Source: Ginglymostoma cirratum (lineage: Eukaryota). Taken from it: DNA of 64,000 nt. Below are positions 25,890 through 39,335 of the stretch, in pieces. The notes under the pieces were generated by a model. That model did no database searches and was not told the origin of the DNA. It worked only from the letters and a program-made list of their open reading frames with translations. Positions within the stretch are counted from its first letter, which is position 1. Each line of letters opens with the position of its first letter. The stretch lies in assembly GCA_024137785.1 (NCBI GenBank), contig JAHRHZ010000031.1, forward strand, positions 8,183,582-8,247,581, read 5' to 3'. The translations under genes were made by a program, and so were the position numbers.

Positions 25890-28800
25890 GAAAGCAGAAT
25901 ACAGGGTTAACGGAAAGATTCTTAGCAGTGTGGAGGAGCAGAGGGATCTTGGGGTTCATGTCCACAGTTCCCTGAAAGCTGCCACCCAAGTGGATAGAGT
26001 TCTTAAGAAGGCGTATGGTGTGTTAGCTTTCATTAATAGAGGGACTGAGTTCAAGAGCTGTGAAGTTATGCTCCAGCTATACAAAAGCCTAGTTCGGCCA
26101 CATCTGGAGTATTGTGTCCAGTTCTGGTTGCCTCATTACAGGAAAGATGTGGAAGTGTTCGAAAAGGTGCAGAATGGAGGGAAGGTCTTACGAGGAAAGC
26201 TTGAGAGAGCTAGGGCTTTTCTCTTTAGAACGATGAAGGATGAGAGGTGACTTGATAGAGGTGTACAAAATGATCAGAGGTACAGATAGAGTAGACAGCC
26301 ACAGACGTTTTCGTAGGGTGGAGGTAGCTATAACGAGGGAGCATAGTTTTAAAGTGAGTGGAGGTAGATATTGGGGAGACGTCAGAGATACGTTCTTTAC
26401 TCAGAGAGTGGTCAGTGCATGGAATGCATTGCCGGAGAGGGTAGTGGAGTCGGCCTCATTACGGGCATTTAAGCGGCTATTAGATAGGCATATCGATGAT
26501 AGTATAAGGTAGGATGGAGGTTAGATAGACCTTAGGATTAGGGTAAAAGTTCGGCACAACATCGTGGGCCGAAGGGCCTGTACTGTGCTGTACTGTTCTA
26601 TGTTCTATGGTCACTAATGGAGTTACAAAGAGCAAGGCTGGGCAAGTGAATGCTGGAGCACCAATTCTGGGATAGGGTTATGAGGAGGTTATTAATGCAT
26701 CAGGACTCAAATTTGAGCACTGGAAAGATGTTGGAGGCTTGTAAGACTGGTGCAGGCTACAGGAGTTAAAAGACCTGCAGTGTTACACATCGAATTATCA
26801 TAACTCCTTTGCTTTTGTAAGCTATGCTTGTATTTATAAGATCAAGGATCCTGTACTCTTTATTGACACTCCCTCAACCTTTCCTGCCACTTCCTTGAGC
26901 TTGAGCTCCTTCTGCTCCTGTATCCCATTATGTGCTTTAGCCCTGTGCTTCCCCAAACCCACTCACCTTTAATATATTTGTTTCATCAGTCAGTGTTGAT
27001 GGCATGACCCAAGAACTGTTGTGAAGAACTATAAACCTGACAACAATTACAACAATAATAACAAACATTTATATAGCACTCTTAAAAATCAAAAAACATC
27101 CCATGATGCTTCACAGAAGCATATTCAGATAAATTATTGAATCAACAAGCTGTTAGCCCAGACTGCTTTCAGTAATTCATCATGTTAGCAATGAAAATTA
27201 GCTTCATGCTCTCATTCAATGGGCATAGGAACTCATTATAATCCAATACACCCGAAGCGATGAAGAACTCACTATTTTCATGAAGGGCCAAATGAATAGA
27301 AGCACACCTAAGATTACCTGTATGGAGTAGCATAATGCCAGGTTGCACTTGGTCAGTTTTCAAACTAAGCTCTGGAAATAGGGATATAAGTTAGTGAGGG
27401 AGGGAGGTGAAAACTAATTTTAAAAAAAAGCTGGAATGCGTGAACAGGATAGTTTTGTGATGGAACTGCAGATATAAATTAAAAATATTTTCCGCCCACT
27501 TTCGAGGCTGTGATCAGTTTCAGCAACATGAACAAACCATCAAGATACTCTGATGTGAAAACAAAAAATGCAGACTCTGGGACAGCTTTAGTCATTATGG
27601 ATCCAAAAAGTCATGACCATTTGTAAAGGTAAAAATTAACTCCATGTTTTCTCTTCAATGTGCTGATTAAAGTTCCCTGCACAGATAGACAATTAGAAAA
27701 AAAAATTGCCCCAATCCTACTCCTTTGATTCCCTTTCTTAAAACAGTGAGGTGCTGCTCCAAAATCTTGGCAGAACAGCAACACAGGTCCTCTCTTTAGA
27801 CAGACATGGGTCCACTAATCCAATTGTTCTTATGAACCATTTCCACAGTTTGGTAAAAGGCCAAAGCTACAAGCAAAATCATGCATTGCTCAACTCTTTC
27901 CACACCTGTCCCTCCTTAAAAGTGACCCAATTACGATGACAGACATCCCCATCTGAAGAGTCTTCACTTCCCACATTCCCTTCAGATGGATTATGAATCA
28001 TTGAGTGTTACCTCAATTAGGTGCAAAATTCAGCACAAATCTTTAGTGCATTACAGTTCTTTAGCTGTGACTGTTGAAAACATTCATGTGAAGTCGTAAG
28101 CTGTGTTCAAAAAGTAGACCTTATGTTAGAGAGACATCATTAATGTAAGCATCGTCTTCACGCCTTCGGAAAATTACCACTGAAAATCTGAGCATTATAC
28201 AACATGGGAACTTTCTGTTGAGCAGGAAAAATCTGACTCACTTTCACATTTCAATTATTATCAATCATATGCCTCGTAAGACAACTAAACTCTTCACATC
28301 TCTGAAAGATTTGTGTGTCAATGTACTTTTGTTTAAAGGAGCATTTTACTCCCCCCTTACTGCTTTATGACCTGTTTCATGTCAACACAATCTTTGTATA
28401 ATTCAGCACCCATGCTTGCGCCAGTGATCATTCTTCAATCACGATATCAGATATTGTCAGCAGGCTATTTGATCATGAACAATGTTGCAAATGTCATCCT
28501 TTCTTGATGTCTACAATTCTGTACTTTCCCCCCTGTCACTGCCAATACCCTGGCTGAGATCAGCTCATTCATGACAAACTGACTATCAAACTTGAAACTT
28601 TCCGGATGTGTGTACTGGGGTAAGGCTATTTATGAATACAGTAAGCCCATTAATGAACAAAGCTTTCAAAGCGTATTTCCCAAGCATGCAAGTGATTATT
28701 AAGTAAAAATTAAAAAGGAACCAAACTACTTTTTTCTCTCTCACTTTAAATAGCCATGTAAAATTGGAAGTACAGTCTATTCTTGAAATAAGGTCAAAAG

Positions 28801-30199
28801 TGTCTCCAAGTAGATACATATGAATGTGCCAATTATTTTATGAAGCTGAAGTTTAAGTGCACTAGAATATGTTGTTGCTGTTCATTTACAATTATGTAAT
28901 TTTGTAACTATGGATGTGTCTCAGAAATACATTCGAAGAAAACTTTAGTAAAATCAACTGGATGAGAAGAATGAAGACATGCACAAGTTATGTAACATTT
29001 CTTTCCCAAAGGCATGTATTATGATTCTTTGGTTCAGCAGTTTCAAGAAGAAAGAATAGTGTGTCAAGTGTCCTGAATTGCACAGTGGGCATCTTAGGAC
29101 TTCGAGCAATCCAGGTGAATTCCAGAAAAATAAGAAGGATTAATGGTGATGATCATATGCATTTCAAAAAAAAATTATCTGACACAGTTTGCATCTGGCT
29201 CCAGTTGGTAGCAGGTACAAAGCAAAGGCTAGTCAAACTTTGATTGTGGGATTATGTTCTGTTGCTCAAGAAAGCAAATGGCTGGTGTAACCATTCCTTA
29301 ACAATCCCTTTTCCTGTACCATAATTTTATGCGAAATAAGAATTTTCACGAGGGAGATGCAAAGGAATAATTGGGAAAAAATTAAATTCTTATTTGGGTT
29401 GCCTAGCTAATGGTTATTATATTCAAGTCAAAACAATAATTGGAAGTGCTGGTTTTATCAACCAAACAAAATATTTATTTGGTAATACAGAGCTTTACTA
29501 TTTTTGAAGGAAGGCACATTAGTCATAGTTTTTCAGTTTAGGCTGATCAGGATAATTTGCATGAAATACTGAAGGGCAGGGAAATGCATTAATACCACAA
29601 GAGGATAGTGTTCTGATTAGTTTGGAAATTGGCTCTGACTAGCTGAAGAGTTGCCATAGAGAAGTGATACAAAAGAGTAATCTGCCACAAATGAGTAATT
29701 TCGGTGTCAATGGGGTGTGAAATGTGAAGGCCGTATGTTCCAAAGACTGATGGACCATATTAAACAGCATATTCCTTCGACACTCCAGAACAGACAAAGT
29801 ACTGACCGCACCCAACCAGCCCACACTTACAAAACTCACACCAATGTCCAATATCAGATGTAAAACTGTAACTGGACAATTTTTTTCTAAATAATCCTCT
29901 GTAGTGCTGGCAACCAATTTAGGATCATCAGTTGGGCTTAAACAGTGGCACACCGCCATGTTCTGGAAACTACATAGATTGATACAGAATTCTTCACAGA
30001 CAGAAAGCACATTAACACACACTGTGCCCTATTTCAAATCAACAAAAAAAATGACAGTTATTATCTGGTCTGTTCTCAGGCAACGCCTTGACCAATCTGC
30101 TTGATTTAAATTTTAAACAGTGCTTGACAGTTAATTATCAATCATTGTTAACTGCTACATTCTTCATAGCAATGCCTCTTCCAATCAGACTCCATAACA

Positions 30200-30600
30200 C
30201 CATAAGAGACAGCAACAGGAGTAGATGTTTGGCCCCTTGAGCCTGTTCTGCCATTCAACAGGATCACATCCACTTTCCTGCCCTTTCCCCATAACCTCAA
30301 TTCCTCTGCTGATTTAGAATTTAAATATACACAAGGACTCTGCCCCCATAGCTCTCTGTGGCATGGAGTTCCAAAGACTCACAACCCTCTGAGGCAAGAA
30401 ATTGCTCCTGATCTCAGTCTTAGATTGGTGTTCCTTTATTCTGATACTATACACTCTGGTCCTGGACTCTTCCATGATGGGAAACATCTTCACAGCATTT
30501 ACCTTGTCAAGACCCTTAAGAATCCAGTGTGTTTCAACGAGATCACCTCTTATTCTTCCAACTTCCAATCTGTCCCAACATGTTTAACCTTTCCTCATAT
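30200..30600 (-). mobile_element. CR1 3' fragment inserted into a Penelope-derived element (~30010-30740)
   Basis: The minus ORF reads RIRGDLVETHWILKGLDKV...RVVSLWNSMPQ. The flanks carry ccaatc...ccctttactggtatt...aaagcttc motifs shared with 18620-19120. Confidence 0.85.
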
Positions 30601-31869
30601 CACACTCCCTCCACTAGCCAACAGATCAGCTCTTTCCGCTCATATGGTATAAATGGTTTTCCCTTTACTGGTATTAACTCGTGATTGTCTTGATGCGCAT
30701 AAAACTAAAAGCTTCAAAAATGTCTTTTTTCATAAACACTGAAGGAACAAATTCTCATTATGCATGTTCAGTTTTTGCATCTTTAACATATTGTTACCTA
30801 ATAAAAGAATAGTGTCAAGAGAACCTATCATGCAAATTGATGAACAATATGAATAAACCCATTTAAGGAATTACCTTGAGAATTAACTGGAGAGAAAATA
30901 ATGTCATTATCACAAAAGATTAAGTGAGAAAGGTCAGACAGGAAAAGAATACAGCAACTCAGATATGAAAATCCATGTTAATTAGATAAAAAGCAGATAA
31001 TCTATTGTATCATGTGTAGTTAAGCTCCTGATAACAGAAGCAAAGTTACTGCTGCCATGGCAGTAGTGACATCAGAAAGCTAAATTACCATTAGGGCAGA
31101 TCAAATGCATCACTTTGACACTCCAGTGGCACATCCAGGCATTCCAAAAAGACAATCCCACTGCACTTTTAAACTCCATATAATTTATTTTTCCAAGTTA
31201 GACTCCATTTCTAGTTTAAGTAATCTGTCTGTAACTCTTTGCAACCGATGCCCTGTTTTACATTCCCACCTAGTTACGGTACTCTTCTTGGCTTCATTTG
31301 ATTCCTTCATAAAGATTATAACTGGCTGAGACTCCCATACCAATACTTGCAGCACACGTTAGACAGCCCATTTGAAAATGCTGTATTTACCCCTACTCTC
31401 TGCTGTGTGTCAATTCACATCAATGTATTATCCCCCAACTCCAGCAGCCCTTCTCTTGGATATTGAACTATTAGCGTGGTACATTATTGAATACTTTTAG
31501 GAAAGCCAAGTAGACTAATATTGAACATTTCACCCTTATCTGTCTGCTAGTTACATCTTCAAAAAATGTTAATAGTTTTGTCAAACACAATTTCTCTTCC
31601 ATAAAACCAAAACTGCCTTTCTCTGATCATAATATCATTTTCTAAGAACATTCTTAAAACATCCTGAGTAATAGATTCCCGTATTTGCTGATGACAGCCC
31701 TTCTGGTCTGTAATTACTGTACTTGAGTTCCTCACTACAGTTAGTCTTTTGGTTACTCTTTATTTCTGGTACTCAAATTTTTAATTCTGTTTTGAAGACA
31801 AACACAAACTACTGTTCAACATCTCCAGTAAATGCTCATTACCCAGAACCTCGATGTATTTTGCTCTCA

Positions 31870-32196
31870 GGGACGAAATTTTATCTCCTATCTACTAACA
31901 TCATCCCGCCCCCTTGACCTGTCCGTCCTCCCTGGACTGACCTATCTCCTCCCTACCCCCCTACCTACACTCACCTTTACTGGCTCCATCCCCGCCTCTT
32001 CGACTTGTCTGCCTCCTCTCCACCTATCCTCTCCTCTATCCATCCTCTATCCGCCTCCCCCTCTCTCCCTATTTATTTCAGAACCCTCTTCCCCTCCCCC
32101 ATTTCTGATGAAGGGTTTAGGCCCGAAACGTCAAGTTTTCCTGCTCCTATGATGCTGCTTGACCTGCTGTGTTCATCCAGCCCCATGCTTGTTATC
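31870..32196 (+). mobile_element. Penelope-like element terminal (pseudo-LTR) fragment
   Basis: C-rich tract, then ctgatgaagggtttaggcccgaaacgtcaagttttcctgctcctatgatgctgcttgacctgctgtgttcatccagc; the arm is shared with 20063-20213. Confidence 0.85.
32105..32132 (+). ncRNA. Minimal hammerhead-ribozyme-like core in a Penelope-like element
   Basis: CUGAUGA-A-GGGU(UUAG)GCCC-GAAA-C-GUC: conserved core boxes, stem II and GUC triplet; stem III is only a short palindrome, as described for PLE minimal hammerheads. Confidence 0.6.
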
Positions 32197-34044
32197 ACGA
32201 AATTTTTTAATACTTTTTGTACATCCTCTTAAATGCTCAGAAGCCTATAGATCCTTCTGCTTCTCCACTATATTCACTGAACATTTTGTCTGAATGCAGA
32301 AGTGTGTTTTGGTGTGTTGGTGATATCATTATTTTTGGGAGGAAATAACGGTATCCTGAGCACTCCCAATTTCCACACCATTTTCTGGGTGAGGAATGCC
32401 TACTCGCTTTAGCTGAGATTATTTTGCCACTTTACTTTGGGGCAGAAATTGGATTTTCTCTCAAAAACACTTCTGCCTGTTCTGATTTTTGAGTTTTGAA
32501 AGCCCATTAAACATTAGCCAGGTTTTAGAGTTCATTTCAAAAAAAAACATAAAGCTTGCTGATGAGCATTCTGGAAAGTAAAGGTAAAAAGTTTTCACAC
32601 CTTCACGTGTCATAACTGCATGCTGCCTTGTAATGTGCGTGTGTTTTTAATGCAATGATTCATCATAGGAATTTGTCCTTCAAAATGTACACTGATCCTT
32701 ACATTGACCAACCTTATGCAATTTTCCACATGCATCACAGTCCTTTTCCAATGGATCCCCACCATGATGCAGTGAAAATATCCTGGCAGCCTGTGCTGTC
32801 ATCTTTTTTTACTTTAATTTAAATATTCTTGGACGATGAAAGTAAGTTATTTTGACATTTGAAAACAACCCATCTTTGAAAACAAGTCTAAACACCTGCT
32901 CCAAATGAGCAGAGGTTCGATATTCTTTAAGTTATTTCTCCAAGTTAGACTCCATTTCTAGTTTAAGTAATCTGTCTACAACTCTTTGCAACTGATGCCC
33001 TGTTTTACACTCCCAGCTGGTTACAGTACCCTTCTTGGCTTCATCGGAATCCTTCATAAAGATTATAACTGGCTGAGACTCCCACACCAATACTTGCAGC
33101 ACATGTTAGACAGCTCATTTGAAAATGCTGTATTTACCCCTAGTCTCTGCTGTGTGATGATTGGCAGGCACTTTGCTTTGAAATGGAGATGAGCTCCTGT
33201 GTCAACTCCTTCCCGAAGAGAATCTGTGTTTGGTAAGCTGTGGTTACTATCAATGGGTGGCTGACTTTCAAATGCTAAAGGGTGTCAGCACAGTAGGTGC
33301 ACAATACACTCAAGAGTGAATGACAGTTTCAAGAATTTGCAGTAACAAATTGTCTCTTTGCTGTGGTTTCGCAAATGAATAGAATTACAAGTACTACAGA
33401 GCTCTTTTCACATGCAGTGCATGTTTCTTTTGTCTCAGAATTAATGACATTGAGATTTTTGACATCATGAAAAAGGAATGCAAAATATTTATGTTGATAT
33501 TGCATTGAATTGGAGGACTATGCATCCTGGATGAATGATAACGCGGGATAGATGGCAGGCATGGAGATGACATGGGGTAGCATGTAAGATGCTTGGGAGG
33601 CATAAAGGTTGCGTAGGAAAATTACAGGGTACATGGAGTGTACATGTCGACTTGGTTATGGAATAGCTGAGCTGATGACAAACAGCACCGAAAACCTCAC
33701 CCTAATATTAAGTGAAAAAGAAGCAGTGTGAAGTCGCATACGTGGTTGGTATGCTGTTTACAAGCTGCAGAAGTGTGCCGGTCAAGTATTCCCAAGCTCA
33801 AAGGAAGACCTGCCACACAGTGTTACTCTAAATTAAACTCAGTCTTTAAACACAAGATCATTTTCAGGAACAATATCCATGACTGTTTCTTCAAAAGAAA
33901 ACAGTGTTCAATGTAATTGCATGAAGTAATTTAAGCCACAGTCCAGCCAACAACATTACAGAGTTGCTTCTCCTTCCAGCAGTGCAGGATTATAGATTTG
34001 ATCATGCTCTGTGGCTGACTATTAAACTGTAGCAATACATAAAA

Positions 34045-34520
34045 CCATAAAACATGGTAACAGGAGTAGATCATTCGGCCCGTTGGGTCTGCTGTGCCAT
34101 TCAAAGGATCATGGCTGATCTGACATTGCTCATGTCCACTTTCCTACCTTTGCCCCGTAGCCCGCGATTTCCCTACTGATTAAAAATCTCTCTCTCTCTC
34201 CCTGCCTTAAATATACACAAGGACTCTGCCTCAATAGCTCTCTGTGGCAAGGAAATCCAAAGACTCTCAAACCTCAGAGAAACAACTCCTCCTCATCTCA
34301 GTCTTAAATTTATGCCCTTTTATTCTGAGATTATACCCTCCTGTCCTAGACTCTTCCATGAGAGAAAACATCCTCTCAGTATTTACCCTGTCAAGCCCCT
34401 GAAGAATCCTGCATGTTTCAATGGGACACCTCCTATTCTTCTTAACTCCAGTGAATACAGCCCCAACCTGTTTAGCCCTAGTTCATACGACAATCTCTCT
34501 GTACCAGGGGTCATCCCTGT
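34045..34520 (-). mobile_element. CR1 LINE 3' fragment
   Basis: caggagtagatcattcggccc...ccattcaaaggatcatggctgatc; same subfamily as 30200-30600. Confidence 0.88.
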
Positions 34521-36699
34521 TGAATGCTGATGACCATAGCTCCATGTATCTATCTGCTAATGCACAAATGAAACTTTAATTACCTTCTCTCCTCTTCCCT
34601 TATCCATTAGCCATAGAAGCAATTGGCATCATAAAAATAACTGCCTCTACAATTCTATGGTACTTATATTCCACTGAAAGGCAACTTCAGTACGACTGAC
34701 ACAAAATCTGCAATTTATAAGCATGCAAAGAATACCTCAGCATATTGTCATATTAACAGAGATGTTTAGCTAGTCCCTATGTGGTCAAATAGTATGCAAG
34801 TTGCCACCTTGCGTTCTTGTCCTTTTTGATGCAAGATGTAAGGTCATCTGTCCATTTATTTCAGGCGACTTCATGAGACAACTTTATCACAAAATTCAAA
34901 CACAAGCAAAGCAGAATAAAATTTGTATATTAAAACGACTCTGTCTGTGGTAACAGTTCAATTTTGCATCTCCTAAATCATTAAGTTGCAAGGAAACAAG
35001 TATGTCCAAAGTTCCAAATGTTCTACTTCTCTGCTTCCTATGTTGTTTTTTATTATTTATAATTAAATGGCAAAACATTCAGCAAAGTAGCTTAAGAAAT
35101 GGGCATCTAATTTCAACATGGGAATTTAATTTGATGTGAAATTCTTGATATTCTGCTGGGTCTTATCAGAAACATTGGACATAGAATAAAATAAAATTTA
35201 CAAACAGCACATTTCTTGACATGAAGCTTTTAAAAGTGTAAAAAGGTCAGTTTCTGGACTTCTTTTTTTGATCCTTGACTTGATTTTTGTAAAAACACAG
35301 GCGCTCATATTTTCATCATCATCACTGTGATGTAAATATATGGTTTACAATTTAGAGTCAGCAGCAGAAACTGCTCTTCATGCAGCTCATCATAAATGAG
35401 TTCAAAAGGAAACTTTATTGAAAGGTCCAAAAATTTTTTGTACATAAAATACATTATTTCTGTAACTCAGGTGGACTGTGATTAATCTTAGTTTCCAACA
35501 TCTCGAAGTAGGAAGAATGAAGTCACTATCTATCAGCTCCTTATACTATCCACTCCAATACTTTTGGTCAAACACTAAGCCTTCCTGTTCACTATTCTAG
35601 CTTCACCACCATGACATCCTTTTAGATCACAAACTACATTTCTGACCTCATAGTCTTTGATAGAGAGTCTGTCAGCTTCAATCTCTGCCATGCTGCCCAT
35701 TTCCATCTCTGGCCTCTGCAACTGTCCACCTTAGGCATGTTGCTACTTCTGCCCCTGTCCACACCTTTCAATGCTGAAGCATTCAACCATGATATTGCTT
35801 GCAAAACTATTTATGCCAAGAATCTCTTGATTGGCCTACAATCCTGAGCCTAATTCAAAAGTCCCAATTTCTCACCATCCTTATTCTTGTTCAGCTACAT
35901 AAGCCTTCTATCACACAGAGCCTCAAATTTAAATTCCAATTCCGCCAGACCTGCGATTTTCTCTTTATCCCACAACTCTCTTTGTCTTTTGTTCTGGCCT
36001 GTAGTGCACTCTTTCTCCCTTCATCCCATCATTTCCTGGAGAATCTTACGCTGGTTAGATTCTATGCTCTGGAGGTTTGCTCCAGAAACCAGCTGGCACT
36101 CTTCTCCACCAAAAAGTTACTCCGATAAGCTGTTGTTCATCGCTCTTCATAAGTTTTTTCTTAGTTCTGCTGTTATTTTTCTGACACATGTGAAATGCCT
36201 TGTCAAATTCTCTACGGAGTTGCCACTATTAACTGCAAGTTATTGTTCTGCCAGCCATGACTTGAAAGAATCAGCCTGGCTTAGTTCCAGAATTATCCAC
36301 CTCAGAAAAGGTGATTACTATCCAGGTTTCTCATCACAGATGAAGTTAACCTGGAGGCTTTTCATTACAGTCTTTAACCTCAAGACACACTGATAAAGCT
36401 TGCTTGAATTAAAGTTCTCTATTCCATTGCTAGAACAGAAAATGCATTTCTGAAAGAAAGTGATGTTGATCATGCAAGCCGAAGAAATTGACATGGTGCA
36501 CTCAAAATTCTTGAAATTGCCCAAATCCAGAGGAAATCTGGCCTCTGGCTGGCAGTTTATAGGATTTTGTGAACAACCCGCCACTTTTAAAATATTTTAA
36601 TTTCTTCTTAATTTAAAATAATATAATCAAAATTTCTTCTTAAATGTCCGATAAAAGAGGAAGACAACATTTTATTAGGTTGACTGTAATGCGGGTTAT

Positions 36700-37470
36700 G
36701 CATTTTGGCCAGAAGAATAGAGGAGCTGAATATTATTTGAATAAAGATTGAAAAAAGCTAGAGAACAGATGGATTTGGGAGCCCTTGTGTATAAATTGCA
36801 AAAGACATGCATAAAAGTTCATCAGGTAAAATGGAAGGCAAATGAAATGTAATATTGGCCTTCATTTCAAAGGGAATAGAAAATAAAAATAGGGAGAGCT
36901 TGTTAAAACAAAACAGGGATACTAGTCAGACCCCAGCTGCAATACTGTGAACAGCTTTGGGCTCCCTTATCTAATGAAAGATATACCAGCATTGGAGACA
37001 GTCCAGGCAAGGTTCACCAAGCTGATCCTGGATATGGAGAGATAGTCTTATGATAGAGGTTGAATAGGTTGGGGTTATACTCACTGGAATTTGGAAGAGC
37101 AAGATACAAACTGAATGAAACATACTAGATTCTTAGGGTGGATTTAGAAAGGTTTCCACTTGTGGGAGAGTCTATGACCAAAGGGCACATGCTCAGAGAA
37201 AGGGGCTGCACAGTTAGCACAGAGGTGAGGAAAAATTTCTTCTCTCAGAAGGTAGTGAATCTGTGGAATTCATTAGTGAAAGGGCTGTAGAGGTTAGGTC
37301 ATTAAGTCTTTTCAAGGCTGAGAGAAAGATTTTTATACAGCAAGGGCATCAAGGGGTTTCGGAAAAAGGCAGGAAAGTGGAGTTGAGGATTATCAGCCTT
37401 GATTTCATCAAATGGCAAAGCAGACATGAAAGGCTGAATGGTCTACTTTTGCTTATACATCTTGTGGTCT
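36700..37470 (+). mobile_element. CR1 LINE 3' fragment
   Basis: ctagtcagaccccagctgcaatactgtgaacagctttgg...ttctctcagaaggtagtgaatctgtggaattc...ggctgaatggtctact. Confidence 0.85.
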
Positions 37471-38529
37471 AAAATGGAAGAATAAGGTGGCAAAACTCTG
37501 TTACACTATTCAGAATCTGAAGTAGGCCACAGGAGTAGCTTACTGAAACTGCAGTGATTATAAATCCCAAACTCTTGTCTTCTTTCTTAACTAAGTAACA
37601 ATAAATAATGAATAAGAATGAAAAAGAGAGATTTAAGCTGGCAAAAAAGCATGTCAGTCCATGGGGTTTGCAACCTTTACAGAGATTTGTTGCTAAAAAT
37701 CAAAATTTAAGCATAACCAGAGAAAGTAAACATGACCTTAGTTCAGTCAATGTATCAACTCAAATAACTTCCAGGTGGATGCCCGTGGTTGAAGAAGGAC
37801 AACCTTGGTGTTTATTATTTCTAGTTTCATTGAGTGATATTTGAAGGGGTGGCACAGATGTGAGCTGGTGCTGCAAAGGGAAATAAAGTGAGAGGTACAT
37901 CAACATGAGAATCAGGAGTGATTTCTGCTTAGAGAAAGCAACTGTTAGAAATCCATTGAAATGTACAGGGCTAAAGCTAAGATGAGTACAAGTCATTTCT
38001 ACAATCCTCGTTTGGTTGATACAGAGACACAGTGAAGAGCAGACAAGGTTGTTTTTTCAGAAGAATCACTCAGTCTTCTGCCACTCGGGAAGTATGTGGA
38101 TTCCAACCAGGAGTAAAGATTTGACAAGCATTGTCTGGCACATTAAAATCTGTAAAGATGTTACCATTGACTGATGAAAGGAAACAAAAAGATCTTCAAG
38201 CAATATGAAGCTCTCTACATGATAACACTCTGAACCTGGAATAATTTAAATTCCTACTGAACCACAGAAATAAATGTAAATTAGTTAAACAGAGAATAGT
38301 ACTTGATTGAGGGTTTCTTGAGAAGTGGTCATTAAGCCTTGACTACTGCGCAACATGTTACAAAGAAGACAAAGGGTGTGATCTTCACCTCCCCAGAGAT
38401 GGTGAGGAAGCTGGTGCCAACTAGAAATTACTGGGTGAGTTACCCCAAGAGAGAAACTCATCCCCTGTGCACTACCCGCATGCATTAGGTTCTGGACCCA
38501 AAGGTCAACAGGCAACTGTCTCCATATCT

Positions 38530-38660
38530 CAGTTCAAAGAAGGGTCACCAGATTCAAAACGTTAACTCTGATTTCTCTTCACAGGTCCTGCCAGACCTGC
38601 TGGGCTTTTCCATCAATTTCTGTTTTTGTTTCTGACTTATAGCATCCGCAGTTTTTTCAG
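38530..38660 (+). mobile_element. Short Penelope-derived element
   Basis: aagaagggtcaccagattcaaaacgttaactctg...ccagacctgctg...agcatccgcagttt. Confidence 0.75.
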
Positions 38661-38777
38661 TTTTTATCTCCACATCTCACCAGTTAAGGTCCCTCGGTCA
38701 TCAGCTGATGGCCTCTTACTAGCCCCAGCTCACCAGTTCCCCAATCACCTGTCTTCCCCCATCGGAGAAATAGGTGA

Positions 38778-38966
38778 TAACACACTGTGGAGCTGGAGGA
38801 ACACAGCAGGCCAGGCAGCATCAGAGGAGCAGGAAAGTTAACATTTCATGTTGGGACCCTTCTTCAAAAATGGACGAGAGGGGAGGGAGCTCAGAAATAA
38901 ATAGAGAGAGGAGAGGTGGGGCTGGGGCTATTTCTGACTCCAGCATCTGCAGTTCTTGCTATCTCA
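38778..38966 (-). mobile_element. Penelope-derived element with 13-bp TSD
   Basis: Arm taacacactgtggagctggaggaacacagcagg; flanked by gagaaataggtga at 38765-38777 and 38967-38979. Confidence 0.85.
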
Positions 38967-39234
38967 GAGAAATAGGTGACTTGTTTCTGAATTGGGAAAC
39001 GAGGGCAATCATTGAGTTGAGGAAGGGCTTTCATTTGCCCCAGTCAGTGGGTAGGTGAGGCACAGGTGAGGTCCCATGACCACATGCTGTGGGAGCAGGA
39101 GTATAAAAACTACTTAACTCCACTGGCAAGAAGGGAAGAATTCAGAAGCTGTCAACCTCTGGTGATTCAGAGCACTGGAGATGGTGTTTTTAACCCTGCC
39201 ACTGGCAGGCAACACCAACTTTGTGTTCCAACTT

Positions 39235-39335
39235 AGTTCTGAGGAAGGGTCACCGGACTCAAAATGTTAACTCTGTTTTTTCCTTCACAGATGCTGTCAG
39301 ACCTGCTGAGCTTTTCCAACAACTTTGTTTTTGTT
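39235..39335 (+). mobile_element. Short Penelope-derived element
   Basis: ctgaggaagggtcaccggactcaaaatgttaactctg...cagacctgctgagcttttcc; near-identical in layout to 2370-2464. Confidence 0.78.

Larger units (their letters stand above)
24615..26608 (+). mobile_element. Young 5'-truncated CR1 (HER1-like) LINE spanning an assembly gap
   Basis: Open RT frame followed by a C-terminal part with frameshifts, a 3'UTR gggccgaagggcctgtactgtgctgtac and a (tgttcta)n tail. Confidence 0.96.
31185..33156 (+). repeat. 225-bp direct duplication 31185-31409 / 32932-33156
   Basis: Both copies read ttattt.tccaagttagactccatttctagtttaagtaatctgtct...tgctgtgtg, with scattered substitutions. Confidence 0.95.
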
